Assembly: GCF_001194135.2 (NCBI RefSeq)
Contig: NC_068987.1
Coordinates: forward strand, 68,369,183-68,417,453
Origin: Octopus bimaculoides
Lineage: Eukaryota
Reading direction: 5' to 3'
Length of the DNA: 48,271 nucleotides
The notes under the pieces are model-generated. The model had not been told where the DNA came from. It was given only the letters and a program-made list of their open reading frames with translations, and did not search any database. Below are positions 36,773 to 48,271 of this stretch, one piece after another. Position numbers and translations under genes: made by a program. Within the stretch, counting starts at the first letter, position 1. Each line of letters starts with the position of its first letter.

Positions 36773-37612
36773 TCATTTAAAAATCGTTATCGTAACCATG
36801 TTATCAGCTTTAAGACAATCAATAAGAGACATTCAACATCTTTGACAGATTTTGTATGGCGACTGAAGGAGGATAAAACGAAATGCTAAACCATACAATA
36901 TAATTTCCAGGAGAAGCCGTCTCTGCTCTGAGGAATCCCTGTCTATTCTGTGAACTAACGAGAAGATAATTAATAGAATTTCTGAACGACTTTCAAGATG
37001 CCTACATGCATATAAATATACTTTCGCACAATGCAGTGAGAATGGATTTTGAGTAAGCATTAACTTTATTTAATTTAAAGTATGGATGATTTAAGTTTAC
37101 TTTCAACCTCTCCATTCTTATAAACACAAAGTAAATAATTAACTCGCTTTGTGATCATGAGTGCACCAAACCTCACGTGTGCGTATGCTTACATTTTTGC
37201 AGACGCTTGTATGAGCGAGTGTACCCGCGCCATGGAGCTTGCCTGGGGGCGTTTATACATCCATACCTGTTAACGGTTATTTTAAATACTTTTCTCGTTG
37301 GATTGCTTGTTCGTTTCTCTTTTTGTCATCTGTGATTTTATTTTTGATCTTCCGTATAAATGAAGATATTTCCTCCGTCTGGCTGTTTTTATCTCCACAA
37401 AACGGAAAGTTACATTGCAGAACAGTCATTTTAACGAGTTACATTTATTTATTTATCACCTGACGAAATACATCTGCATTACTGGATGCTCTTGAACTAG
37501 TTGTTGAGTGTCTAACCCAAAAGGAATTGATGCTAGACGCTTCGAAACAATTGTCGTGATTAATAATCAATTCTCGCATATTCCATCTTCTGTCTTTCAT
37601 TTGTTATATATA

Positions 37613-37948
37613 TATAGGGTTATCCCATAAATAATGCGATTTTTTAATACTTCTATTATTTTTTAAAATTAAGATAAACAGTTCTTTTTTTAGTCTAATA
37701 TATACTTTCCTTCATTTTCTACAATGTTCTTCCATCTATCTGGTTGACTTGCAAGGCTCCTCTTCCAAAATTCACTTGTCTCTGACGAAAAATACAACTT
37801 CAGTATTGTTTTGACCTCGTCTACAGAATTCATATTTTTTCCGTCCAAATGATTTTGAAGACTGCGGTATAAATGATAATCAGATGGGACAATGTCCAGT
37901 GATCATGGTAGGTGGTCAAAATGCGATGTTTTCCTTCCAGCTCATTAG
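37613..37948 (-). mobile_element. Mariner (DD34D-type) transposon 3' end with TIR
   Basis: Minus strand PSDYHLYRSLQNHLDGK..NSVDEVKT....F.S..SEFWKRSLASQPDRWKNIVENEGKYILD* (stop at 37690). TIR tagggttatcccataaataatgcg abuts (TA)n. Confidence 0.88.
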
Positions 37949-38167
37949 CATATATGTATATGTTAATATGTATATGTGCGTGTATATATATATCATATAC
38001 ATGCAAGTATGTGTGCGTGTATCTATGTATATCCTAAGAATAAGGACAAGGTAAAATTACTACCTACATTTATAGCAAATTGATAGAAGTAGTTTATCCC
38101 GTCCCTCTCCGATTTTTAGTTCATGTAATTGAAAAAAGCTGCATTATTTATGGGCTAACCCAATATA

Positions 38168-38346
38168 AGGCGGTGAGTTGGTAGAATTGTTAGCGCACCG
38201 GAAAAAACGCTTAACAGAATTTCTTCCGTCTTTTCGTTCTGAGATGAAATGCCACCGAGGTTGACACTGCCTTTCACCCTTTCGGGGTCGATAAAATAAA
38301 TATCACTTGAAATTGTTGGCCTTATGCCGAAATATGAAACCATTAC
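38168..38346 (+). mobile_element. SINE family D with a central deletion
   Basis: aaggcggtgagttggtagaattgttagc...gcctttcaccctttcggggtcgataaaataa...ttgaaattgttggccttatgccgaaatatgaaacc. Confidence 0.8.
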
Positions 38347-38744
38347 ATACAATATATGTATGTAGATATGTATGTATATATATTTACAGAATCCCTTGAC
38401 AAAGTTGCATATGTTTATGTATATTCAGTGTGTGCGCATGTATGTCAATATTTTATCTGTCTCTAACGTGCTTCCACACTTTCTGTTGTCGCGGATGTCA
38501 GTCAGAATTTCCTACCTTAAACTTCCAGTTGGTCGATGAGCGAAAAAAAATTACGAAGCTCACTCTTTGAATTAGCGTATTGTTGTGTCAATTACTGCTT
38601 ATTTTAAATTCATTTGTACACCAGGCTAAACCAACGTGTTATAGTCTGTTGAGGCAAGACAGCTGAATTACTAGTACAATTCATCCAATGCATTTCTAAA
38701 CTGCTTTCGTCAACCCGATTTTGTTCTCATGATATAAGACAAAC

Positions 38745-38828
38745 AGAGGTTATAGAAAATTACTCTTGCTCAAAATGTCACCCAATTGTATCGAACTCCA
38801 GACGTCGTGATTACGAACAGTATTTCTT
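38745..38828 (-). mobile_element. Old tRNA-SINE head fragment
   Basis: Minus strand gtgaccgattgtttaag...ggagttcgatac...ttgagcaag (B-box-like motif plus the ttgagcaag block). Confidence 0.4.
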
Positions 38829-39134
38829 AAACAATCGGTCACATTGCTCCTACGAACTCAAATGGTGAGAGAAACACAAAGCCGCACCAACACCAATAGC
38901 ACCATCATCACCACCACCACCAAAAACACAATCACCATTACCAACAACAACATATAAACTCACATATACACTCACTGCAAGTTTGTACGCTGCTCTGATC
39001 AAATTCAACCACAATACACAGATCCGTCCAATGTCATACTAAGTTACACATGCTACACGCAGCTACGGAAAGGACGTTTTACCCACACGCCTGAACACAC
39101 ACAGAGTCACACTCAGACACACAAATACACTCCA

Positions 39135-39198
39135 TATCCACACAGCAAAAATACATAAACATCCACATCCACACAGCAAAAATACATACACATCCACA
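39135..39198 (+). repeat. About 31-bp tandem duplication (atccacacagcaaaaatacata-acatccac)x2
   Basis: Direct reading. Confidence 0.8.
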
Positions 39199-39218
39199 CA
39201 CACACACAAACACACACA

Positions 39219-40110
39219 CAGAGCGTGTTCGGGCTAAATTCGGTGGTTTCTATGTCTTCAATTTCAGGAACAGGTTCATGTATTGATGAACGGCTAACGG
39301 CGCTGAATAGCGTGAAGTTTAAAGTTATACAACTGAGATAAAGTTAGCTGATATGGGGCACTGGAAGCCATCTGAAATCAGGAAAAGATTTACCTGTGTC
39401 ATGATGTCAAAATGCCGACACGTTTGCTGTCCAATGCTCCCTGGACACTATAAAAGCTGTAAGACGTTTCAGAGAGCTGCACCGGAAATTACGCGGCCGT
39501 GTACAGGAGAAAGGCATACGATTGGCGTTCTGGATGCGTCCGCACGCTGTAATTCATCCTCACATCTTTGAACAGGGCCTGAGGCTCATATCAGACGGCT
39601 GTGTGAAGCAACTGGAGACTGGTTAATCCCTAATCGGATTGTGTGTGTGTGTGTGGAGGTGGGATGAAGTTGCTGCTACAGGGCCATATGAATGGTAGCA
39701 ACATTCATTTCCTTCTTGTATCTCTGCAAAGTCATAAATAGTTGTCGGAGTATTTCCACGACTTCGCCAGCCTCAAACACTGCTCCGATTGTAATCCCAT
39801 GGGTTACGACATGTGGGGCACGGTTGAGAAAGACGACAACCGGTCTGCCTGCAACAGTGAAGCCGAGGCATTACCTAGAAGGCGTTCAAAGTTCTTCCCA
39901 AGGATACAGTGAAGAATGCATGATCCAGGTTCAAGAGCCGTCTTGACGCCATGGTGAAAGCTGAGGGCTCCGATTTGGGTAAACTGTTACCTCCTAGCCA
40001 TAATCTACTTGATAATTTTGTAGTTTTTGAAATATTTCTAATTCTGAATGGGATATTGTGTTTTCTTTTTCTTTTATGTAAACTCTCAAATGTAATCCGA
40101 GCACCTTGTA
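39219..40110 (+). mobile_element. Internally deleted maT-like (DD37D-type) transposon relic, copy 2, with degenerate TIRs
   Basis: MGHWKPSEIRKR start (39353), PHIFEQGLRL, PDCNPMGYDMWGTVEKD and RFKSRLDAMVKAEG. The right end ccgagcaccttg+TA (40109-40110) is a partial inverted match to gtgttcgggctaaatt at the left end. Confidence 0.75.
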
Positions 40111-40122
40111 AGAGAGGTACGT

Positions 40123-40166
<44 letters not shown>

Positions 40167-41242
40167 TTATTATTTTATAATTATTACTTTGTATTTTATT
40201 ATAGTTCTTTTTAGTGTATTTACTTATTAAATTTTTCTATATGTGACTGTGGATTTTCATGGATNNNNNNNNNNNNNNNNNNNNNNNNNNNNNNNNNNNN
40301 NNNNNNNNNNNNNNNNNNNNNNNNNNNNNNNNNNNNNNNNNNNNNNNNNNNNNNNNNNNNNNNNNNNNNNNNNNNNNNNNNNNNNNNNNNNNNNNNNNNN
40401 NNNNNNNNNNNNNNNNNNNNNNNNNNNNNNNNNNNNNNNNNNNNNNNNNNNNNNNNNNNNNNNNNNNNNNNNNNNNNNNNNNNNNNNNNNNNNNNNNNNN
40501 NNNNNNNNNNNNNNNNNNNNNNNNNNNNNNNNNNNNNNNNNNNNNNNNNNNNNNNNNNNNNNNNNNNNNNNNNNNNNNNNNNNNNNNNNNNNNNNNNNNN
40601 NNNNNNNNNNNNNNNNNNNNNNNNNNNNNNNNNNNNNNNNNNNNNNNNNNNNNNNNNNNNNNNNNNNNNNNNNNNNNNNNNNNNNNNNNNNNNNNNNNNN
40701 NNNNNNNNNNNNNNNNNNNNNNNNNNNNNNNNNNNNNNNNNNNNNNNNNNNNNNNNNNNNNNNNNNNNNNNNNNNNNNNNNNNNNNNNNNNNNNNNNNNN
40801 NNNNNNNNNNNNNNNNNNNNNNNNNNNNNNNNNNNNNNNNNNNNNNNNNNNNNNNNNNNNNNNNNNNNNNNNNNNNNNNNNNNNNNNNNNNNNNNNNNNN
40901 NNNNNNNNNNNNNNNNNNNNNNNNNNNNNNNNNNNNNNNNNNNNNNNNNNNNNNNNNNNNNNNNNNNNNNNNNNNNNNNNNNNNNNNNNNNNNNNNNNNN
41001 NNNNNNNNNNNNNNNNNNNNNNNNNNNNNNNNNNNNNNNNNNNNNNNNNNNNNNNNNNNNNNNNNNNNNNNNNNNNNNNNNNNNNNNNNNNNNNNNNNNN
41101 NNNNNNNNNNNNNNNNNNNNNNNNNNNNNNNNNNNNNNNNNNNNNNNNNNNNNNNNNNNNNNNNNNNNNNNNNNNNNNNNNNNNNNNNNNNNNNNNNNNN
41201 NNNNNNNNNNNNNNNNNNNNNNNNNNNNNNNNNNNNNNNNNN

Positions 41243-41283
<41 letters not shown>

Positions 41284-41284
<1 letters not shown>

Positions 41285-41800
41285 ACTCTGCCGCCTACAT
41301 TGAGGTCCTGGAAATAGTTGTTAAGCCTTGGATAGACAGTGTATGCAATGGAAGGCCATATCTGTATTCAGTAAGACTCTGCCCTATCACACATGGCTCT
41401 AGTAACACAGGAATGGATAGATGAAAATTTTCATGATCACATAACCCCTAACATTTGGCCTCCTAATTCCTCAAATCTCAATCTATCGGACTATTACATG
41501 TGCATCGTTGTTGGGAGAAAGGTCAATGAACACGCCCATAACAGCAAAGATTCTTTGAAACGCTGTCATAGTCAGCGTAATGTCCAAAATGAACCAGGAC
41601 CACTTGATTCGAACATGTAGATGATTTAGATCTCGTATAGAAGCAGCTGTTGAAGCTGAAGGTGGCTTTACTGAATAGCATTATAGAAAATAAGGTTTAT
41701 TTGTATCCCCATTGCATTTTTTGATTAATAAATTTATCATCTGTTATTATCATCCGTTATATTATTTATAAACATAAATCTGTCCTCAAATATCTTACGC

Positions 41801-41806
<6 letters not shown>
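41284..41806 (+). mobile_element. maT (DD37D) transposon 3' half, copy 3
   Basis: NSAAYIEVLEIVVKPWIDSV, then DSALSH...WPPNSSNLNLSDY with 37 residues between the Ds, and EAEGGFTE*. The right TIR tacgcaccct runs into (TA)n. Confidence 0.88.
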
Positions 41807-41884
<78 letters not shown>

Positions 41885-41894
41885 TACACGTACG

Positions 41895-41926
<32 letters not shown>

Positions 41927-42550
41927 TTTTGACATATAAATATAGAAATCTAATGGAAATCTAATGAGGAGAAACAAATGCTGCTCGGTGTGTAGAAGTG
42001 GGAGTGTGAAGTACAGTTGCTTATACAATCAATTGCAGTATTCACTTATAAAAGCATAGAGATGAAAATGTTAAATTAATCATCATATGTAGAAAAAGAA
42101 AATCAGCTCTTGTCAGTAGGGATGTAATTAAATGGTCCTGTCATGGTAAGAAATCTCTTAGTCATTTATTTTGCCTGTGAGACTTAAAACGGTGATACAT
42201 TTGTGAAGAAGTTGAATGAGAATTAATTCTTTGCTCGGCGTCATTAACAACATAATTTGTAGGGAGTTGGTCTTATCGGGAATAGAAATTTGGTTGGGGA
42301 CTTCATTGACTAAAGCTTCTTTTTTTCCCCTGCGGTGCTTAACACTCTCTGAGCTATCATTAATTGGACTAGTATTGTGGCTGAATTTAGCAAATCACGA
42401 ATCAGCTTTCATTTTTCAAGGTATAAAATATTCATTCACAGTGGCAGGTAATTACACGCAATTTTCTTATTTGTCAAATAGCAAAGGAACTGCAATACTG
42501 TGTCCAGGTTGACATGGTGAGATCATTTTGGTAAGTCTTAATATTTGTCT

Positions 42551-42778
42551 TTAACACTTTAGTATTTAAACCGGCCATATCTGCCACAGATATTCTAGTT
42601 GTTCTGTGTTCAAACCAATCAAATCTGACCTGTTACAGCTACCTTACGACGGCGCTCTAAAAATAAACAATTACATCACTGGAATCTGAACGCTAAGAGA
42701 TGCTGCATACTTAATTCAAAACAATGTTAAGACATAAACATTACATTTGACGGAGTAATCTGAATGGTAAAGGATCAA
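42551..42778. mobile_element. piggyBac-like MITE (degenerate)
   Basis: ttaa|cactttagtatt ... aatggtaaagga|tcaa: imperfect 12-bp TIRs with TTAA-like flanks and no coding capacity. Confidence 0.55.
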
Positions 42779-43012
42779 TGGGTACTTTTCAGGATACATT
42801 TGGAAACAAGATCCAAGATTACTGGAGGAGAGAGTCGACTGAAAATGAGGATATACTACATATTTCTACAGAAATTTGTTTCACATCTACAATAAACAAT
42901 TTGTTCTCCTTCAAGGGGAAAAATTAAAGCTACACATTGCTCTTAGAACATTTTTTCTCCTGCAAATATTTACGGTTTATTTGCGTAATGAAAAAGAGGA
43001 ACATTATCATTA

Positions 43013-43068
<56 letters not shown>

Positions 43069-43212
43069 TTGTGAGGCAATTTATCTAAAAGATTTTTTTC
43101 TTAAATAATACAATTTTCAAGACATTCTTCATATTAAATGATCTATAAGATATATTTCTTTTTCATTAGAATTTATCTATCTATCTATCTATCTGTCGAC
43201 TATCAGTCAATC

Positions 43213-43286
<74 letters not shown>

Positions 43287-43296
43287 TGCACGCACG

Positions 43297-43344
<48 letters not shown>

Positions 43345-43669
43345 GGAAGCTGTCCTGAGCAATATTATAAATTGCATTCTGTAATGAGATTCATGTCTGG
43401 AATTCAGAAATATTAGGGTTTATAGACTAATATTCACTAATACTCACAGGTCCTCTATGCCTCGGAGTGGTGTTGCTTGTCCAAGATATCTAGTATATGC
43501 TCTAACCCTCAGGAGTTAGCTCAGTGTTATAGGAGAGTCATCTGTAAATACACCGGATGAATGCACAAGGAAGCCAACGTTGTAAATTTTCTGAGAATAA
43601 AGATGAATGACTTAGGCATGGGGGTCCATGATCACCACATCTGTAGGTATGGCACATAAAGAGAAGAAG

Positions 43670-43714
<45 letters not shown>

Positions 43715-43727
43715 NNNNNNNNNNGGT

Positions 43728-44100
43728 GTGGAGGCACAATGGCCAAGTGGTTAGGGCAGCGGACTCGCGATCGTAGGATCGCGGTTTTGATACCCAGACT
43801 GGGCGTTGTGAGTGTTTATTGAGCAAAAACACCTTCCGGCAGGGAATGGTGGCGAACCCTGCTGTACTCTTTCACCACAACTTTCTCTCACTCTTTCTTC
43901 CTGTTTCTGTTGTAACTGTATTTCAAAAGAGCCAGCCTTGCCACACTCTGTGTCACGCAAAAATCTCCCCGAGAACTACGTTAAGAGCACACGTGTCTGT
44001 GGAGTGCTCAGCCACTTGCACGTTAATTTCCCGAGCAGGCTGTTCCGTTGATCGGATCAACTGGAGCCCTCGTCGTAGTAACCGACGGAGTGCCACAAAA
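43728..44100 (+). mobile_element. SINE family A, full length, with a 15-bp internal deletion
   Basis: Colinear with 4106-4490 but lacks aaagctccacgaggc. Confidence 0.9.
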
Positions 44101-44423
44101 ATATCTAAATGGTATGTACTTTTGGGTGCGCATTTAAGTCTTTCGGGTTATTACGTTCTTCGAAAAAGAAAACTCTGAACGTATTTATCACTAACTTACT
44201 AACAGATATTTGATTTCCTATAAATTGAATTTTTCGTTCTTCTTCTATTCTTGGGTGATTTATGTAGTACCCAATCCTGATACCAGCATTTGAAATACAT
44301 AGTGTGGAAAACAAAAACAAGTAATTAAGTTCTGTTCAACTGCAGCTAATTAGCTGGATAATCGCCAAAACATTGAAACGTCGGGTGAGTTGACTTCTGG
44401 AATATAATCTATATTTTCTTTAA

Positions 44424-44777
44424 TAGGTGCAGGAGTGGCTGTGTGGTGAGAAGCTTGCTTACCAACCACATGGTTCCGCGTTCAGTTCCACTGTGTGGCA
44501 CCTTGGACAAGTATCTTCTACTATAGCCTCGGGCCGACCAAAGCATTGTGAGTGGATTTGGTAGACGGAAACTGAAAGAAGCCCGTCGTATATATATGAG
44601 TGTGTGCGTGTTTGTGTGTCTGTGTTTGTCCCGCCACCATCGCTTGACAACTGATGTTGGTATGTTTACGTCCCCGTAACTTAGCAGTTCGGTAAAAGAA
44701 TAATTTTCGACTAAAGGCAGTGCTTCGGCATGGCCGCTGTCAAATTACTGAAACAAGTAAAGAAAAATTAAAGAATA
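44424..44777 (+). mobile_element. SINE family C (central deletion); an extra isolated C tail lies at about 44875-44945
   Basis: taggtgcaggagtggctgtgtgg head and tail catggc..gtcaaat.actgaaacaagtaaa, seen twice. Confidence 0.85.
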
Positions 44778-45404
44778 TAATCGAAGTTCGTTCTCGCCAA
44801 TCCTTTACTTAAGGCAGAAATAAACTCATAAGAGTATCAGATATCGGTTGATCTTTGTGCACACGTAGAAATTAAATGCAGTGCCCCAGCATGGCTACAG
44901 TCAAATGACTGAAACAAGTAAAAGAATAAAAGAATAAAAGAATACTTTTATACACAGACACACACATAAATACGTGTATGCAGCTATTACATAAACGATC
45001 TTATTTGATCAGGATGTATGGATGCTGTATATATATCTTTTCAGAGGTTTAATAAACAGATAGTTGTTTCATATTTTGCAGACATGTTTTTCAGGTGGTT
45101 GAATCATATTTTCATCTTCCTTTAGTTCATGACAGCATCAGCGAAGGGGACGACTGAATTCGCCTTAAATAGACCAACTTGTTTACACACTGTGTTTAAA
45201 GGGCAAATTAATATTCATGAGGTTACTTTAATTTGCGGCTCGTTTAAATTCTCTCGGTTTAATGAAATTTTCCTCCACGGGGATGCAATATAATTTTTGT
45301 TCATGATTCTCTGCTAATTACAAATAACCCCCAACTTTCCAAATGAATAGCGGTGGTCCTTGCATCTTCACTTCAATATGTAAGAGGAACTTTTCTCTGA
45401 ACAG

Positions 45405-45799
45405 TCCTGCGTTGTGTAGACATTTTGGAGTACTTAAATCTTCCATACGAACGATATTGCCATCCTAATTCAGTGACCTACAATGCAAGTATGTTTCTAT
45501 TTATACCAGATTTCAGAACTGAACGACATGACCATCACTCAGGGAGTATCTTCAAATTGTATGGAAATTATGACGAAAATAACATTTTCGTTCATTTTCC
45601 ATTCCTGGGCGATTTATACAGCACACTCGTGTTGCAAGCGTTTGATATACATAGTGAACTAAACAATTACTTGTTTACTTCAACTTCAGCTGACGAGATA
45701 AACAACAACCAAAACATTTCGGGTGGCGTTAAGGACCAGACTATTTCCAGCTTCTTCGATTCACATCAATATACCAAGACCAATATTATAAGTGTGTGA
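45405..45799 (+). CDS. Candidate large exon (about 130 codons), product unknown
   Basis: Acceptor acttttctctgaacAG with an in-frame TGA immediately upstream. The non-repetitive open frame reads LRCVDILEYLNLPYERYCHPNSVTYNASMFLFIPDFRTE...NNIFVHFPFLGDLYSTLVLQAFDIHSELNNYLFTSTSADE... The 3' boundary is uncertain. Confidence 0.5.
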
Positions 45800-45838
45800 G
45801 AGAGAGTGTGTGTAAGAGAGAGTGTGTAAGAGAGAGCG

Positions 45839-45883
<45 letters not shown>

Positions 45884-45896
45884 NNNNNNNNNNGAG

Positions 45897-45930
<34 letters not shown>

Positions 45931-45931
<1 letters not shown>

Positions 45932-46036
45932 TCAGTTACCGGGCATGGCACTTCGGGCAAGTGTCTGTTACTGTAGTCTCGGGCAAACCCAAGCTTTGTA
46001 AAAGAATGTGTTAGACGGAAACAGAAGCCTGTCGTA
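45931..46036 (+). mobile_element. SINE family C 5' fragment
   Basis: gggcaagtgtct..tactgtagtctcgggc...agacggaaacagaagcctgtcgtatata. Confidence 0.65.
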
Positions 46037-46405
46037 TATATATATATTTATACTGTTGTGTCTGTGGAGAGTCCTTTACTTATCGTGCCTTAAAATTCAA
46101 CACACTCACCGTTAAAATTTCCACTTTTTATTTTCCTAAAATTTTCGTTGCGTCTTGCAACCTTTTCAATAGTCTTGACTCTGTCCGTTATTCATGTTGC
46201 GTTCTGTTTTTGCTTTTCTTCTTTTTTTGTTTTTGCGCATGCGTGTGTCTCAGTGTGTGTGTATGTATGTATGCATGGATGGGTGCACATTTTCATATGT
46301 GTGGACAAATGTGTGTGTATATGTGGTCATGTGTTTCAGTCTCTATTTGCCTATGTCGTTGTCTGTTCATATACCTTATGTACCTATCCATACATACATG
46401 TGCAT

Positions 46406-46454
<49 letters not shown>

Positions 46455-46510
46455 GACATACATACCTCTATCTGCATAAAAGCCCATTAACTGTTCTACT
46501 TTACCTGTGT

Positions 46511-46749
46511 AAAATGTGGGTATGGGGGTATGATATCTACGTATTTAGTATTGGGGACCAAGACCAGCAAAGACCACATGCCAAAGACCAGCATGGAGGC
46601 AACTTGGGTCAACTTGACATCCGCATCTTATCCAAGTACCCAAACGACCCAACTCTAAAACAAATACGGGAGTACGTCCTTATAAATGAAACTTCCCCAA
46701 TACTAAATAGGAAATATACGTAGATATCATACCCCTATACCCACATTTT
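46511..46749 (+). mobile_element. Penelope-like element fragment (GIY-YIG C-terminus) enclosed by about 47-bp inverted repeats
   Basis: 46571-46723 reads RPHAKDQHGGNLGQLDIRILSKYPNDPTLKQIREYVLINETSPILNRKYT*, resembling the PLE endonuclease end (IL...R.I.EA..I....P.LN). Inverted arms lie at 46511-46557 and 46694-46749. Confidence 0.55.
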
Positions 46750-46810
46750 GTTGTGGTTAGCGATCTACCATGCCGAACGATATATATGTATGTGTATATA
46801 TATATATATA

Positions 46811-47187
46811 TGGTTCTATTTTAAAACGGGGGCCACATTTTTCATTAATGTTTTACGTAGCGTTTTTGGTACGGAAAGACTTTCAAACTTCGTATACTTA
46901 TCTATTTTGTGTTATAGAACAGAAAAATATTTTTGTATTCGAATTTATTTCATGTAAAAAATTGTCTTATTTCGATAATTTCAACCAATCACTGACAAGT
47001 ATTCAGTTGTTTACATTTACTCCTTTGGCTGATTAAGCGATGTAAAGCGTATTTAATCTCCATACCTTCGTTTTATTTGCTTTTTTCATTTTAAATTTGC
47101 TTTAACCCTAACCTTAACCCTAACCGTAGAGTTAGGGTTAGGGTTAGGGTTAGGGTTAGGGTTAATTGTTTCAGAATCGTTTGTTTA
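46811..47187. mobile_element. Unclassified element inserted at (TA)n, carrying inverted telomeric repeats; truncated by gap
   Basis: Begins abruptly after (TA)n and is absent from the duplicate flank at 47495-47582. Contains (CCCTAA)n-cgtaga-(TTAGGG)n. Confidence 0.5.
47102..47165. repeat. Interstitial TTAGGG repeats in inverted (palindromic) arrangement
   Basis: ttaaccctaaccttaaccctaac | cgtaga | gttagggttagggttagggttagggttagggttaa. Confidence 0.95.
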
Positions 47188-47494
47188 NNNNNNNNNNNNN
47201 NNNNNNNNNNNNNNNNNNNNNNNNNNNNNNNNNNNNNNNNNNNNNNNNNNNNNNNNNNNNNNNNNNNNNNNNNNNNNNNNNNNNNNNNNNNNNNNNNNNN
47301 NNNNNNNNNNNNNNNNNNNNNNNNNNNNNNNNNNNNNNNNNNNNNNNNNNNNNNNNNNNNNNNNNNNNNNNNNNNNNNNNNNNNNNNNNNNNNNNNNNNN
47401 NNNNNNNNNNNNNNNNNNNNNNNNNNNNNNNNNNNNNNNNNNNNNNNNNNNNNNNNNNNNNNNNNNNNNNNNNNNNNNNNNNNNNNNNNNNNNN

Positions 47495-47582
47495 GATATC
47501 ATACCCCTATACCCACATTTTGTTGTGGTTAGCGATCTACCATGCCGAACGATATATATGTATGTGTATATATATATATATA
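47495..47582 (+). repeat. 88-bp exact duplicate of 46723-46810 across an N-gap
   Basis: Both read gatatcatacccctatacccacattttgttgtggttagcgatctaccatgccgaacgatatatatgtatgtg(ta)n. Confidence 0.9.
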
Positions 47583-47602
47583 TACATATACATACATACG
47601 AC

Positions 47603-47755
47603 ATAACTTAGTGGTTTGGCAAACGATACTAGTAGTATAAGTACCCACCTTGAAGATAAACAAATAGGTAAGTAATGGGAGTGATTGGCTCGACTAAATT
47701 TTTTCAAGGCGGTGTCCCAACATGGCTGCAATTTAATGAATGAAACAAATAAGGA
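47603..47755 (+). mobile_element. Diverged SINE family C 3' half
   Basis: acttagtggtttggcaaa...ctcgactaaa...ggcggtgtcccaacatggctgca...tgaaacaaataa. Confidence 0.6.
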
Positions 47756-48271
47756 GCTATAAAAAAAGCTTATACATATATGAACGCATATATACATACA
47801 TAATCACAAACATGCAAGTATATAAACACACGTAAATATATATACGTACGTACATACATCCTTGCATGTATATATGCATGCATCCTTACATATATACATA
47901 CATGCATACATACATACATACATACATACATACATACATACATACATACATACATACAGACATACATATGCATATGTATATATATACGCACATTTTAAAA
48001 GCAAAGCATGAGCCATTACGAAAATTAAATGAATAAAGTGACACATGGAAAAGCAACAAAGAGGAATCTTTCGTACGATTTGATCCTATTAAGAAGATCA
48101 TATCTTAAAAAGGTGTACCATTAAAACACGATCTGAAATGCCATTTTTCACAATTTTTTATTTTTATTTTTAATAAATTCATCATTTATATTAAGTAAAT
48201 ATTTATTTTAGTTTGTCACAAAAAAAACCAACAACAATATAGCGCGAAAGGAAGTGAATGTGTTCATATAT

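Noticed and set aside
47102-47165. Ancestral telomere-telomere fusion site
   Set aside because: The order is CCCTAA then TTAGGG, the reverse of a fusion scar. The arrays are tiny and embedded in an apparent insertion.

Overview
AT-rich, microsatellite-saturated animal genomic DNA from a gapped draft assembly (10 N-gaps, most next to simple repeats). The repeat landscape resembles octopus/cephalopod DNA; this is an inference and not provable here. Most long six-frame ORFs are artefacts of microsatellites or Ns. Supported content: four families of tRNA-derived SINEs (called A-D here) with swapped heads and tails; three decayed DD37D (maT) transposons; a DD34D mariner 3' end; an inverted pair of mariner-derived MITEs; a piggyBac-like MITE; a Gypsy gag-protease-RT relic; two short solo LTRs with their own TSDs; two adjacent Tx1/L1-type RT relics; an RTE-like LINE 3' end; a Penelope GIY-YIG fragment inside inverted repeats; and a tRNA-Thr-like pseudogene between 68-bp direct repeats. 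Five isolated candidate spliced exons were found (four on +, one on -), with no confident gene identity. No prokaryote-like system or CRISPR array is present. The most unusual items are the head-out telomeric-repeat palindrome, the repeat-bracketed tRNA pseudogene, the modular SINE shuffling and the unidentified exons.
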